A stretch of DNA of 64,000 nucleotides from Thermoplasmata archaeon (GTDB lineage Archaea; Thermoplasmatota; Thermoplasmata; Thermoplasmatales; Thermoplasmataceae): assembly GCA_021820405.1 (NCBI GenBank), contig JAKADQ010000001.1, positions 2,783 to 66,782 on the forward strand, given 5' to 3'. Shown piece by piece: positions 30,619 through 41,368 of the stretch. Made by a program: the position numbers and the translations under genes. Positions within the stretch are counted from its first letter, which is position 1. The number at the start of each line of letters is the position of its first letter. The notes under the pieces were generated by a model. That model had not been told where the DNA came from and made no database searches. It saw only the letters and a program-made list of their open reading frames with translations.

Positions 30619-32103
30619 ATGTTAATTTTAATAATATTCTTGTTGCTTTTGATTTTTGCACTTTTCTCATTTCTCATTAAAGAGAGCTCGTGGAAGATTG
30701 CTACAATGGAGTCTTTCCTGATTCTATTGTTAACTGGAGTATATGCAATTTTGAGATTCACATCATATAATGGGGGTTTCCTGTCGGGATCATCATACCC
30801 CATTGATACTTCAATAGGAATATCTTTCAACATAGGGGTCAGTGCCCTCTCTATGGCATTATTATTCCTATCTGCTGTGGTTATGTTCATTGGAATATAC
30901 GTATCCGGCAGGGAAAAGTTTGACAGGAAGTTTTACGGTTTAATGCTTACAACAGAGCTAGGGCTTTATGGTCTCCTCATCTCAAGGAATTTCCTGTTTT
31001 TCTATGTATTCTGGGAAGCTATAATAATTCCGGTCTTCCTGCTGATAAGTATTTATGGAGGAGTCGGGAAGGAAAAGGCAGCCCTGAAGTTCTTCGTGTA
31101 TACACAGATTGGATCTGTATTTCTACTCCTTTCCATACTGACACTTTTCTCATTTTACGGTACTGCCAACCATGTTTTTACTCTCAACATGGGGAAACTG
31201 TTGAATGCCTCTTTCATCACAAACAATATAACAAAGCCCGATCCATTCTGGACAGATTTCCTTCTATTTGGGTTCTTCTTTTCATTCCTCGTTAAATTGC
31301 CATCATTCCCATTGCACTCATGGTTGCCTGACGCTTATACATCAGCCCCTTACCCGGTTTCAATAGTTCTGGCAGGGGCAATATCCCTAATGGGGGGATA
31401 CGGATTTTTCGCTGTGTTGCTGCCCATCGTTGGAGTAATCAGTAGCGGTATCGCATGGGCAATAATACTTCTTGGAATATTCAGTTTAATTTACTTTGCC
31501 CTTGTAGCAATGTTCCAGACCGACATGAAGAGAATGATGGCCTATGCAAGTGCAGCCTCAATGGGTTTCATTAACATCTCTCTTGGAATAGGAATTCTAT
31601 CTTCTGGAAATATAGCATACCTGGCATTATCAGGCGGAATATTCCAGATACTGGCTCACGGCCTGATAATGGCCCTTGTATTCTCCTCACTGTACATCAT
31701 CAAAAATACTACGGGGAGCCAGTCTAACCTCACAATTTCAGGACTTTTCAGAGAAATGCCTCTGATATCAACATTCTTCCTCGCAGGAGTAATGGCCTCG
31801 CTGGGACTTCCAGGCCTGGCTGGATTCATAGCAGAAGCGTCAATTGTCCTAGCCTCGTACCAGGTTATCGGGGTAATTATTTTCCTGATTATATTCGGTA
31901 TGATTATCACCGCATCCTATCACATATGGATGGTACAGAAATCATTAAACGGACCATATAATGAGAATCTGGGGAAGCTCAGGGATGGCACCAGGATGGA
32001 AATCGCAGTTCTTTCATTTCTGTTCATAATAATCCTTGTCCTTGGTATATACCCCTCGTTGTTCTATCATATGATATTTGTTTATGTAAAGGGGGTTTTT
32101 TAA
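30619..32103 (+). CDS. nuoM: NADH-quinone oxidoreductase subunit M
   Basis: FYVFWE, VKLPSFPLHSWLPDA, SLGLPG. Confidence 0.96.
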   Translation: MLILIIFLLLLIFALFSFLIKESSWKIATMESFLILLLTGVYAILRFTSYNGGFLSGSSYPIDTSIGISFNIGVSALSMALLFLSAVVMFIGIYVSGREKFDRKFYGLMLTTELGLYGLLISRNFLFFYVFWEAIIIPVFLLISIYGGVGKEKAALKFFVYTQIGSVFLLLSILTLFSFYGTANHVFTLNMGKLLNASFITNNITKPDPFWTDFLLFGFFFSFLVKLPSFPLHSWLPDAYTSAPYPVSIVLAGAISLMGGYGFFAVLLPIVGVISSGIAWAIILLGIFSLIYFALVAMFQTDMKRMMAYASAASMGFINISLGIGILSSGNIAYLALSGGIFQILAHGLIMALVFSSLYIIKNTTGSQSNLTISGLFREMPLISTFFLAGVMASLGLPGLAGFIAEASIVLASYQVIGVIIFLIIFGMIITASYHIWMVQKSLNGPYNENLGKLRDGTRMEIAVLSFLFIIILVLGIYPSLFYHMIFVYVKGVF

Positions 32104-33528
32104 ATGAGTGACATATTATTGAGTACAAATCTGACAGTTATGTACCCTGAAATTTTCCTGGGTATAGTTGCCTTTGGGATGCTTCTTCTGGGGCGGAAAT
32201 TCCATAACTGGAAATTATACACGGCGATCAGTTTGGTTTCACTTCTAATCGCCATGATTCTGCTTTTAATACTTGATTCCGGGAACTATTCCCTTTACGG
32301 AGGATCGTTTCAGATTAATAATTTTGGCCTGTACTTCGCACTGATAATGATAATGTCATCGCTTTACGTGGCATTTTCTGCTGGCACATCATTGAAGCAA
32401 AATCCTGAGGTATTCTTTTCCACGTTCCTGTTTGTTAATATAGCGATGATAATAGCTGCCTTCAGTTTCAGCCTGATATTCATATTCATTGCATTTGAAG
32501 GAGTTAGCGTGGGAACATATATACTATCTGCATATGGAAAGAGTAGGAGAAATCTGGAGGCATCGGCTAAGTATTTCTTTACCGGAATTATTGCGACTGG
32601 GTTTATTGTTCTTGGGTCTTCATATTATTATATGGCAACAGGCACATTCAATCTGATTTCGGGGATTCCTGAAAAGGGTGCAATGCTAATCGCCCTGATA
32701 CTTCTCTTTGTAGGCTTCGGGTTTAAGCTTGCACTGGTGCCAATGCAGGGATGGGCGGTTGATGCTTATGATGGAACTTCAAACCCTGTATCCGCCTTTC
32801 TCTCTTCTGGGACGAAAATCCTGGCATTTTTCATACTTCTAAGGGTTTTCCTGGTAGGATTTTCCCATTACTACACTGACGTCTTTTATCTTTTTGTGAT
32901 CGTCTCAATCATTACCATGACCTACGGTAATTTTGCTGCCCTTTCCGAAAATAATCTTAAAAGAATGCTCGCCTACTCGAGTATTGCGCAGGCTGGATAT
33001 CTGATCCTGGTCATTGCGGTTGTTTCCGGATCGTCCTCGGAATTTGCATTTACAGTTGCTGTATTTGCTGCAATGTATTACTCACTGGTCTACATCTTTA
33101 TGAAGGGAGGGTCATTCCTTTCGGTGAGTGCGGTTGATAAGGAGAAGGTTGAAATTAACGATCTGGAAGGGATTGGAATCAAATCTCCACTGTTTGCCAT
33201 ATCTCTGACCATACTTATGCTATCTCTTGCAGGGATACCACCCACAGCAGGTTTCTTCGCAAAATATTACCTGTTTCTCTCACTGATAAGCGGAAATCTA
33301 TGGTGGCTGGCAGTCATAGGTATTCTAAACAGCGCAATATCCGTTTTTTACTATCTCAGAGTCATTACTGTGATGTTCAGGAAGAATGAAAATAATAAAT
33401 TCAATCTTGGAAGTTCAGTTATGCTTCCTCTGGTAATCGCAGCGGTGCTGTCAATCGGCCTTTCTCTCCTGATATTTGTGTATCCGCAACTAAGCGCAAT
33501 TGTAGGTGGACTGGGGGTGGCTAGATGA
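32104..33528 (+). CDS. nuoN: NADH-quinone oxidoreductase subunit N
   Basis: EASAKYF, GFKLALVP, KRMLAYSSIA, SLAGIPPTAGF. Confidence 0.96.
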   Translation: MSDILLSTNLTVMYPEIFLGIVAFGMLLLGRKFHNWKLYTAISLVSLLIAMILLLILDSGNYSLYGGSFQINNFGLYFALIMIMSSLYVAFSAGTSLKQNPEVFFSTFLFVNIAMIIAAFSFSLIFIFIAFEGVSVGTYILSAYGKSRRNLEASAKYFFTGIIATGFIVLGSSYYYMATGTFNLISGIPEKGAMLIALILLFVGFGFKLALVPMQGWAVDAYDGTSNPVSAFLSSGTKILAFFILLRVFLVGFSHYYTDVFYLFVIVSIITMTYGNFAALSENNLKRMLAYSSIAQAGYLILVIAVVSGSSSEFAFTVAVFAAMYYSLVYIFMKGGSFLSVSAVDKEKVEINDLEGIGIKSPLFAISLTILMLSLAGIPPTAGFFAKYYLFLSLISGNLWWLAVIGILNSAISVFYYLRVITVMFRKNENNKFNLGSSVMLPLVIAAVLSIGLSLLIFVYPQLSAIVGGLGVAR

Positions 33529-33875
33529 ATCCTGATTATGATATTGAGGTGATAAGATCTTCCATATATTCTGGAGAAATAGACGACACCGTGAATTTTA
33601 TAAAGAAGAGCATAGTCAAATATGAGAGGGCATACAACGTAAGAAAACAAGAGAATTTCCTGAAGCATATTAATGTCTTGAAGGGAATGATGTCCGTACT
33701 CGAAGGAAACAGCAATACGGATCAGCTGAAAAGCCTCATATTGAATAATTACGTGTATGGAGAAGAGGATGAGGAGAAATTTGTGGATAACCTCATTTAT
33801 ACCTTTGACTACTGCATTGACAGATATAACATAAGATGGCCATCCTTTGATGGAAAGAGGTGCGATGACCTGTGA
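33525..33875 (+). CDS. Hypothetical protein
   Basis: 116-aa ORF overlapping the nuoN stop, GGGGGTGG RBS. Confidence 0.75.
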   Translation: MNPDYDIEVIRSSIYSGEIDDTVNFIKKSIVKYERAYNVRKQENFLKHINVLKGMMSVLEGNSNTDQLKSLILNNYVYGEEDEEKFVDNLIYTFDYCIDRYNIRWPSFDGKRCDDL

Positions 33876-34132
33876 ACATAATGGATCTTGAAAAGATTGA
33901 GAAGCCAGAAGAGATGGCTGAGGAGATACATCTTCTGAAAAAGGTTGGAGAGCAATTTCTTTTTTCGGAAAAGGCTGGAAGATTGATCTGCGGCAGAGAA
34001 TATCCCTTGATAGAAAGGGGAGAGCAATCTCCCTATGAGAAGACAATGAAACACGTGTCGGAAGTCCTTGGAATAAAAGATAGAAAAACATATGAGGAGG
34101 CTGATCTCAGATACAACCTGACGATGTACTGA
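33872..34132 (+). CDS. Hypothetical protein
   Basis: 86-aa ORF with GTGA overlap and GAGGTG RBS. Confidence 0.7.
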   Translation: MNIMDLEKIEKPEEMAEEIHLLKKVGEQFLFSEKAGRLICGREYPLIERGEQSPYEKTMKHVSEVLGIKDRKTYEEADLRYNLTMY

Positions 34133-34146
34133 AGGAAAAATTAAGC

Positions 34147-34839
34147 GTGGAGGAGTTCGATAAATATTATCAGATCTCCATATTTAACCCACCTGAATTT
34201 TCCATAGATATGGAAATACTCCAGTTGCTCCTCCAGAATTTATCAGAAATTTCTGGCTCGGGAAAGTCCATTGTGATAAGATCACGGGGGCCCTTCTTTT
34301 CAATGGGTTACGATTCTTCATGCAAACTGATAAGGGACAGTGAATTTGTCGGAAATATAGTATCTCTGGGCACAGCCGTAATGCAATTGATAAAGAACCA
34401 TAATGCGCCGGTTATTACATATGCATCCGGGCATGCCTGGGGGGCAGCTCTGGAACTTGGCATTATATGCGATGGTTTCATATCGTCCAGCGAATGTGAC
34501 TTTGCATATCCCGATGCAATGTTTCAATTGCCCTGTGTGTTCACTGATCCCCTCACTATGAAGGAATCCCTTGGTGAAAAGGTATTTTCAAGGCTTATCT
34601 CCGGTAGCAGAATAGATGCAACGGAAGCTCTTGCGCACGGCATAATTTCGGACATAGGCAACCTTGAGGATGCTATTGAAAAGTCAATCAGGATGAATAA
34701 CCCAACGTTTATTGATGCCAAGGAAAGTTCTTCAGTGGATCAGTCAAGAATAAGGAATCACATTAAGGGAGTAAGGTCATCCGATACCACAAAAATCGAT
34801 CTGAAGGGACTTGAAGAATACAGAAGATCCCACCTATGA
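34147..34839 (+). CDS. Enoyl-CoA hydratase/crotonase-fold protein (divergent)
   Basis: FFSMGYD, GHAWGAALELGIICD, IDATEALAHGII. Confidence 0.8.
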   Translation: MEEFDKYYQISIFNPPEFSIDMEILQLLLQNLSEISGSGKSIVIRSRGPFFSMGYDSSCKLIRDSEFVGNIVSLGTAVMQLIKNHNAPVITYASGHAWGAALELGIICDGFISSSECDFAYPDAMFQLPCVFTDPLTMKESLGEKVFSRLISGSRIDATEALAHGIISDIGNLEDAIEKSIRMNNPTFIDAKESSSVDQSRIRNHIKGVRSSDTTKIDLKGLEEYRRSHL

Positions 34840-35655
34840 TCAGGTTTTCTGTATAGCTTCTTTCAGGTCACGCTTCTTTTGAACTCTTTTGGAAGCTGCG
34901 ATTCCCACGAAATACAGCACCATAATGGGAATGGCGAGAAGCATCATAGTGACGCCGGTAACTCCGGGTGAAAATATAACTCCAAAAATCAGAGCTCCAA
35001 CGACAGCGTACCTCCAGTTTGCACTCCAGAATTTTGCATTTACAATACCCATGTATGTTAGCCCAACCATTATTACTGGCGTTTCAAAGGACAGGCCAAA
35101 TGCAATGACATATATTAAAAAAAAGGAGACAAAACTGGTAATGCTCATTGTTGGTTGGGCTCCCACACCAATATCGAACTGATACAGTATCTGGAAGACA
35201 AGGGGGGCAACAAAATATATGCCAACAAAAGCACCTATTAAAAATAAGATGAGCGCCGGCATTAATGTTACTCTAATAAGTTTCCTCTCATTTGCCTTTA
35301 ATGCCGGACCTATGAATCGTGAAATCTGGTAATAAAAATTAGGTGACGTGGTTATTATGGAGAGAAACAGGCACGAATAAAAATCAGCAACGACACCATC
35401 AGTAGGCTTTATGGCCAGAAGCTGGAATTTTTCGGTTATTACATGAGAAATCAGAAGCTTGAGGAACTGCGAACCCATATTCTGATATGGGTCAGGATAG
35501 ATTGCGGGGATAGATTCTCCAAAAACATTTACGTATCTCGCGTCAAACATTAAAAAAATCACAAATAGAATCAGTGCGGGAACACCTGATCTAATTACAG
35601 ATACCCTTAAATCTTCAATATTGTCCAAAATGACCTTAAGTGGGCCATCTTCCAT
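34840..35655 (-). CDS. tatC: Twin-arginine translocase TatC
   Basis: FIGPALKANE, FGLSFETPV, WRYA; six TM; adjacent to tatA. Confidence 0.95.
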   Translation of the reverse strand: MEDGPLKVILDNIEDLRVSVIRSGVPALILFVIFLMFDARYVNVFGESIPAIYPDPYQNMGSQFLKLLISHVITEKFQLLAIKPTDGVVADFYSCLFLSIITTSPNFYYQISRFIGPALKANERKLIRVTLMPALILFLIGAFVGIYFVAPLVFQILYQFDIGVGAQPTMSITSFVSFFLIYVIAFGLSFETPVIMVGLTYMGIVNAKFWSANWRYAVVGALIFGVIFSPGVTGVTMMLLAIPIMVLYFVGIAASKRVQKKRDLKEAIQKT

Positions 35656-35963
35656 CAGTTATCACTTTTAAGCTTTTCAGCCAGCTCCTTCTTAATATCC
35701 CCAATAGCCCTGTTATCGGTCTGTATACCCATACTTTTAGCGAGATTAATAGTTTGTTCATCCTTTATTTTGGGGTCTTCAGTCTTTATGGCCTCTCCGG
35801 ACATTGTTTTTCGTATTTCCTCCTGAATCTCGGCCTGACCTTTCTTGAATTCACCAGTTGCTCTACCAAGGTTCCTAGCAAAATCCGGGATCTTCTTTGC
35901 ACTTCCGAAAAGAACAAGGATCACCACACCTACAATAAGCCATTCCCACAATGAATCTATCAT
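35655..35963 (-). CDS. tatA: Twin-arginine translocase TatA
   Basis: TM then LFG..KKIPDFARNLGRATGEFKK. Confidence 0.95.
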   Translation of the reverse strand: MIDSLWEWLIVGVVILVLFGSAKKIPDFARNLGRATGEFKKGQAEIQEEIRKTMSGEAIKTEDPKIKDEQTINLAKSMGIQTDNRAIGDIKKELAEKLKSDN

Positions 35964-36014
35964 AAATGTACATTGAAAGGTATTATTTATAATTTTAAGC
36001 TTACCTTTCTAATC

Positions 36015-36380
36015 TTATGAAAGGCTTACTGGTTCGGTTTTTTCCGTAATTGGCTCAACCTTTACTGCTGTTCCGTATGCGACTATTTCAGTCATAACCT
36101 GGGCAAAGTCTGAGGAATCAAATTTTACATCAAGAACGGCATTGGCACCAACAGTTTTTGCCTCTTCCTTAAGTCTGTCCAGAGCTATTGTCCTGGCCTC
36201 GTTGAGGAGTTGAATATATTCTTTTATCTCACCCCCCTTCAGAGCCCTCAAGCCTGCCATCATATTGCCTCCGATTCCTCTGCTTCTTACTGTAATCCCC
36301 CAGATCGTTCCAAAAACCTTTGTGATTCTGTATCCCGATAGGTAGTTTGTTGATACAACTATTATTTCATTATCTGCCAT
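36015..36380 (-). CDS. YbjQ/UPF0145 family protein
   Basis: GGEIKEY, GANAVL, AYGTAV. Confidence 0.92.
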   Translation of the reverse strand: MADNEIIVVSTNYLSGYRITKVFGTIWGITVRSRGIGGNMMAGLRALKGGEIKEYIQLLNEARTIALDRLKEEAKTVGANAVLDVKFDSSDFAQVMTEIVAYGTAVKVEPITEKTEPVSLS

Positions 36381-36496
36381 ACGCTAACATTCTATCTGTA
36401 TATATTATCTTATCGCTTTATTTAAAGTATATATCAATAATTAATCAATGTATCACATGAGAAATGTTTTAATTGTATTCTCAACATACCAGTTAA

Positions 36497-39400
36497 ATGA
36501 ATAAACCAGTTATGCAAAAAAATCGAATTATAAAGATATTTGCAATTTTGGTAGTTACCGTAATGATTGGATCTGCATTTTATATGGTAAATGAAAATCA
36601 TCAGGGCTTTCAAAGTAATTCTAACATTGTAAATAGTAAAATTGCAACAAAACCGTTAAGCATCCAGGCATCAAAAATGGTGATGGTACCATTTGAACCA
36701 GGAAGTGTAATGAAATCCGGCGGGACCCATTATGATGGAAATGCTCAGGTGATGGTATCATTTAAATTTGCAAACCAGAGTTTGCTGAATGGATATTTGT
36801 CAAATCTTTCAAACCCTAGCAGCCAATATTATCATAAATATCTCACCCAGAGTGAATTCACATCGAAATTTTCAACACCGGATTATATCTACAATGATGC
36901 TGTGAATTATTTTTCCTCTTTTTCTGATCTGAAAGTAAAAGCATTTTCGGATCGCGTCTCGATTCTGGTCGAAGGTAATGCATCCTCAATAGGAAAGGCA
37001 TTCAACACCACCCTGATATCCGAATCGCAGAATTCAAAGACATATTTTGCCTCATCAAGTCCCGAGTTGCCTTCATATATTGGCAACTATATTTCGGAAA
37101 TCTCAGGTCTGACGAATAAGCCATTTCAATATAATTTGAATTTTGGTGTCTCTTCGAAGAATATACCACGAAGTTCATCAACAAAGTATGGATATATCCA
37201 GCCTTATAATGACAGCGGTTTACAACTTATTTATGGGTCAGATCTCCAGAAGGCCTATGATGAGGTTGGCCTTCTGAACATAACGTATCCAACCAGGGAG
37301 GTTGTTGCTACGGTTCTCTGGTCAGGAAATAATTCTTCGGGAAAGGATGTGTCACCATTTGTAAAGAGCAACGTATGCGATTATTTCAATCAGACTCTGC
37401 CTTCCTATGAACCCCATCCCCATGTTTATGGAGCGCCAGTTAACGGAGCACCCTATCCCGGCCCATCAGCTCAGTACGACCGTACAGGAGCAAATTATGA
37501 GAATACACTTGATCTTGAGATGGTCGGAAGCATGGCTCCAGGGGCCACAATATACAACGTCTATGGGCCATCTCCTACACTTACAAATCTATTGAGTGTA
37601 TATGCATTCATTCTGAATCCCAATTCAACAGCAAAGGCTCTACAGAATGTTTCTGTTATAACAAATTCGTGGGGATCTAATGCTATGCAAAACACCTCTA
37701 TGAGGCAGTATCTGAAAGAGGCTCAGGCGAGGGGAATTACTGTACTTGCAAGCAGCGGAGATTCAGGCGATAATCCACACAGTTCCAAATATGTGGGAAC
37801 CATAAATTCGTTTCCAGCCATGTGCAGTTATGACAGTTTTGGTGTGACTTCTGTGGGAGGTACAACCTTAACCCTTAACAGGAATCTTGGCATAGAAGAT
37901 CAGATAGCGTGGAACATATCCTCCGCAGATACATCTGACAAAGGACCAGCCGGAAGTGCCGGTGGAATATGCAATGGTACTTATGAGCCGTCGTGGGAGA
38001 ATAATACGATGGCAAACAACGTAATAAGGGGAAAAGGCCTTGGAATCCCTGATCTCTCCGCAATAGCAAACAATACCCTTGTATACATTTCATCGAGCGG
38101 ATCGACCGAATGTGTTGCAATGTGGGGTACAAGCATTGCCTCTCCGGTTACGGCAGGAATGATTGCTGAAATGAATGCAGTTTTAAATCTGTATAACAAT
38201 TCCAATGTAGGATTTTTAAATCCATTTTTGTTTAAAATTGCAAACAAACAGCTGGAAAAGGCCAATTATGGGCCACAAACTGGGGCCATAGACACAGGCC
38301 CATACAATTCCAGCCTTCCCATGGAGGTCGTCTATAATGTAAACAGAGGGAACAACTACATCTATAACGCAAGTTATGGATACAATCTGGTAACGGGCTG
38401 GGGGTCATTGAATGCCTATAATTTTACCGCATTTCTGTTGAACAGAAGTTTTAACAATAAGTTATTCGCAATGGATGGTGTGAGGGCGTATATGAATCTT
38501 TCAGGGCTGAACGTGACTTCCTATCTGTACAATTCCACAGATAATAAGTATACAGTTAACCAGTTCTACAACGCATCCATACAGCAGAATCTATTCCTTG
38601 CAAACTCTCTGGGTGCTCCCATATACTGGATACAGAACGTGATTTACATTAATGGTTCACAGAGGACAGGTTGGGCCGTAAACTATACTGGATGGAAGAT
38701 AGCACCATTTTATGGGTTATATCCAAACTGTTCTGTATACACATATGACTTTCCTGCCGGTAAGGTAATACATTTTCCCCACGATTTCACAATATCTACG
38801 TGGTTGGGTAATTACACAGGTTCCACGGGAGCGTTAATATATTTCTCGATCAATAACCAAACAATATCTCTACCAGTGCCGGGTGCAAAATATGTAATCG
38901 GTTCATATAATTACACCTATGAATGGAATGGAAATTGCTACTATAACGGGCCATATCCTGATAACAATATCTCTGGCGGCCTGGATCCACAGATTGGCCT
39001 TGTGGGAGGGCCATCCTTGGGTATAGGGAACTTCACATTTCCAACAGGAGGCTCCCTGAAATTCCTTGAAAGGCCAATGGGAACTGCATATTACGTAGAG
39101 GGGGCTGTAAAGCCGTTTACACTGAATGTCGACCAGACAGGCGAAACGTCGAAGAATTTGGTGTATGGGCCATCATCGAATGGTGTATATAACATATCCA
39201 TAAAGAATAATTCAGAGGATCAGGGAATACTGACCTATCAGGTTGCTGGAAGCCAGGTGGCATTCAATGAGGTCGGACTTCCAGGCAATTTACCATGGTA
39301 TGTAAATATCACAGGAGAAAATAGTTCGGGCCCCATAATCGGCAGCCAGTATATTACCCATCTTTCTAATGGTTCATATTCAGTGAGCGTAGTTTCAGAA

Positions 39401-40747
39401 GGGAAGATTTATAGTGCCAGATACAACAGAACATTTATTGTAAAGGGAGAGCCACTATCTATAAACGTAACCTTTAGCCCTTACTATTCCAGAGTCACTT
39501 TCAATGAGGCACATCTGCCATCCAGTATAGAGTGGTTTGTCAATATAAGCAATCGAGACGAAAACCATTCATCAACAGATGTTATTACCTTTAACCTCCT
39601 TAACGGCTCCTATTCATACAATGTATCAACAGTTGATAAAAACTTGAAGGCAAATTCTTCAACATTCACAGTTAGAGGAAAACCTTTGCAGGTAAATGTT
39701 ACTTTTATACCTGTACTGTTGGACGTGAACTTCACAGAGAGCGGGCTTCCACAGGGCTCGCCCTGGTACGTGAATATATCTGGCCAGAAAGGTTCAGGCC
39801 TCATAATTAAAAGTTTCTTCAATATACGACTTGCCAACGGTACTTATAATGTAACAATTCAAACAAAGGACAAGACTTACCACCCTGTATACACAAATAC
39901 ATTTGCAGTGAAAGGCCCGGAAAATATATCTGTGAAATTTGTTCAAACCACTTATAAAGCCACCTTCGAAGAAAGGAATGTTCCAAATGGTACCACATGG
40001 TACCTAAATCTGACAGGCACAACCATTGAAACTCAGACTTCCAGTAGAGAAATAAACATGTCATTGGCCAACGGCACTTATCAATTTGTCGGCTCTTCTT
40101 ACTTCAAGACAAAACTGGCAGCAAATGGCACTTTTACTGTGAATGGTTCAAATTTAACTGTATACGTCAATTTTTCCAGAGCTTTTCTTGTGATTTTCGA
40201 TGAAATCGGCCTTAAATCAGGCACATACTGGTCAGTAACATTATCCAACGGGGTATATGGTCAAGCGATGGCCGGAAATAACATATCATTATACCTGCCA
40301 AACGGAACATACTCTTATATACCAAGCACCAGCGCATCCTCCTATCATGTGAAGTATAACAATACATTCAGAGTATCAGGCACACCCATCATAATAAATG
40401 TCAAATTCTTCCAGCAAAAATACATGATAACATTTACGGAGTCAGGGCTTCCTAATGGGGCAGTCTGGTATGTGAATATCCAATCCATAAACGTATCATC
40501 AAATTCCACATCCATCCTATGGGGCAATCTCACTAACGGAACCTACTCCTTTGTTGTCTATTCAAAGGGATATACCGCCAATGGAACATCCACATTCCAG
40601 GTAAATGGAAGCAATGTAAACATACACGTAACCTTCAGAAGCAATAGGGTAAACTCTGGTATGACTGTGTTACTTATAATTCTGCCAATTATAGCAGCTC
40701 TCATAGTAGTGTTCTTCCTTTTCCTTTTCAGAAAGAGGAGGTGGTAA
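36497..40747 (+). CDS. Membrane-anchored multidomain protease: S53 (sedolisin) pro- and catalytic domains, thermopsin-like domain, beta-sandwich repeats
   Basis: Pro-domain YYHKYLT..EF...F; ENTLD, SSGDSG, GTS catalytic motifs; ASIQQN...YWIQNV; repeated F-x-E-x-GLP-x-G-x-x-W; C-terminal TM plus RKRRW. Confidence 0.9.
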   Translation: MNKPVMQKNRIIKIFAILVVTVMIGSAFYMVNENHQGFQSNSNIVNSKIATKPLSIQASKMVMVPFEPGSVMKSGGTHYDGNAQVMVSFKFANQSLLNGYLSNLSNPSSQYYHKYLTQSEFTSKFSTPDYIYNDAVNYFSSFSDLKVKAFSDRVSILVEGNASSIGKAFNTTLISESQNSKTYFASSSPELPSYIGNYISEISGLTNKPFQYNLNFGVSSKNIPRSSSTKYGYIQPYNDSGLQLIYGSDLQKAYDEVGLLNITYPTREVVATVLWSGNNSSGKDVSPFVKSNVCDYFNQTLPSYEPHPHVYGAPVNGAPYPGPSAQYDRTGANYENTLDLEMVGSMAPGATIYNVYGPSPTLTNLLSVYAFILNPNSTAKALQNVSVITNSWGSNAMQNTSMRQYLKEAQARGITVLASSGDSGDNPHSSKYVGTINSFPAMCSYDSFGVTSVGGTTLTLNRNLGIEDQIAWNISSADTSDKGPAGSAGGICNGTYEPSWENNTMANNVIRGKGLGIPDLSAIANNTLVYISSSGSTECVAMWGTSIASPVTAGMIAEMNAVLNLYNNSNVGFLNPFLFKIANKQLEKANYGPQTGAIDTGPYNSSLPMEVVYNVNRGNNYIYNASYGYNLVTGWGSLNAYNFTAFLLNRSFNNKLFAMDGVRAYMNLSGLNVTSYLYNSTDNKYTVNQFYNASIQQNLFLANSLGAPIYWIQNVIYINGSQRTGWAVNYTGWKIAPFYGLYPNCSVYTYDFPAGKVIHFPHDFTISTWLGNYTGSTGALIYFSINNQTISLPVPGAKYVIGSYNYTYEWNGNCYYNGPYPDNNISGGLDPQIGLVGGPSLGIGNFTFPTGGSLKFLERPMGTAYYVEGAVKPFTLNVDQTGETSKNLVYGPSSNGVYNISIKNNSEDQGILTYQVAGSQVAFNEVGLPGNLPWYVNITGENSSGPIIGSQYITHLSNGSYSVSVVSEGKIYSARYNRTFIVKGEPLSINVTFSPYYSRVTFNEAHLPSSIEWFVNISNRDENHSSTDVITFNLLNGSYSYNVSTVDKNLKANSSTFTVRGKPLQVNVTFIPVLLDVNFTESGLPQGSPWYVNISGQKGSGLIIKSFFNIRLANGTYNVTIQTKDKTYHPVYTNTFAVKGPENISVKFVQTTYKATFEERNVPNGTTWYLNLTGTTIETQTSSREINMSLANGTYQFVGSSYFKTKLAANGTFTVNGSNLTVYVNFSRAFLVIFDEIGLKSGTYWSVTLSNGVYGQAMAGNNISLYLPNGTYSYIPSTSASSYHVKYNNTFRVSGTPIIINVKFFQQKYMITFTESGLPNGAVWYVNIQSINVSSNSTSILWGNLTNGTYSFVVYSKGYTANGTSTFQVNGSNVNIHVTFRSNRVNSGMTVLLIILPIIAALIVVFFLFLFRKRRW

Positions 40748-40769
40748 CAATTTATCTTTATTTATAAAA

Positions 40770-40960
40770 TCGTGAATTAAGTCATTGAACTCGAACTGAA
40801 GACATTTAAAGGCTTCATGTAAAGGCACAGGAAGATAAATGCAATAACTGAACTTTTCCAGATCAAGCTTATGTTTATCAGATGTGCCATGTTCGGACAA
40901 CATCATTGCAGACTCATCAATCCTTGTTTGTATGCTGAAAAAAAGGAGAGAATCATCCAT
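40770..40960 (-). pseudogene. Possible transposase fragment
   Basis: Protein-like fragment FFSIQTRIDE...KHKLDLEKFSY in an intergenic zone next to an accessory cassette; family not recognised. Confidence 0.3.
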
Positions 40961-41368
40961 GTCCTATTTGTAATGGCTGATGTGACAGGTTATTGATAAA
41001 TTAAGGCTCAATAATTCAAATTTAAAGGGTAATGGGCTCATGGGCAATTTTATACCACCTGATTCACCATTACATTATGGAGGCTGAACGATAATCTTGA
41101 AATAAATTGTAAGATAATTTTTCTGAACGATTTCGTTTCGATAATTCCGCCAAAAAATACACAAATTTCACGACAAATTCCCACTTATGATCCTTAAAGT
41201 GTTACAATGAGCTGCCATAAAAGAGATAATCTATCCAATGACCTATGGGTTCCTAAAAAATGCAAGGACCCAACTATGGAAATGCTCCAGATGGGGTATC
41301 CTTAAATTTAAAGAAAATCAATATTTTTGAAATTTTTGGATTGCGCCATTGCCTTTCTTTAATACCTT

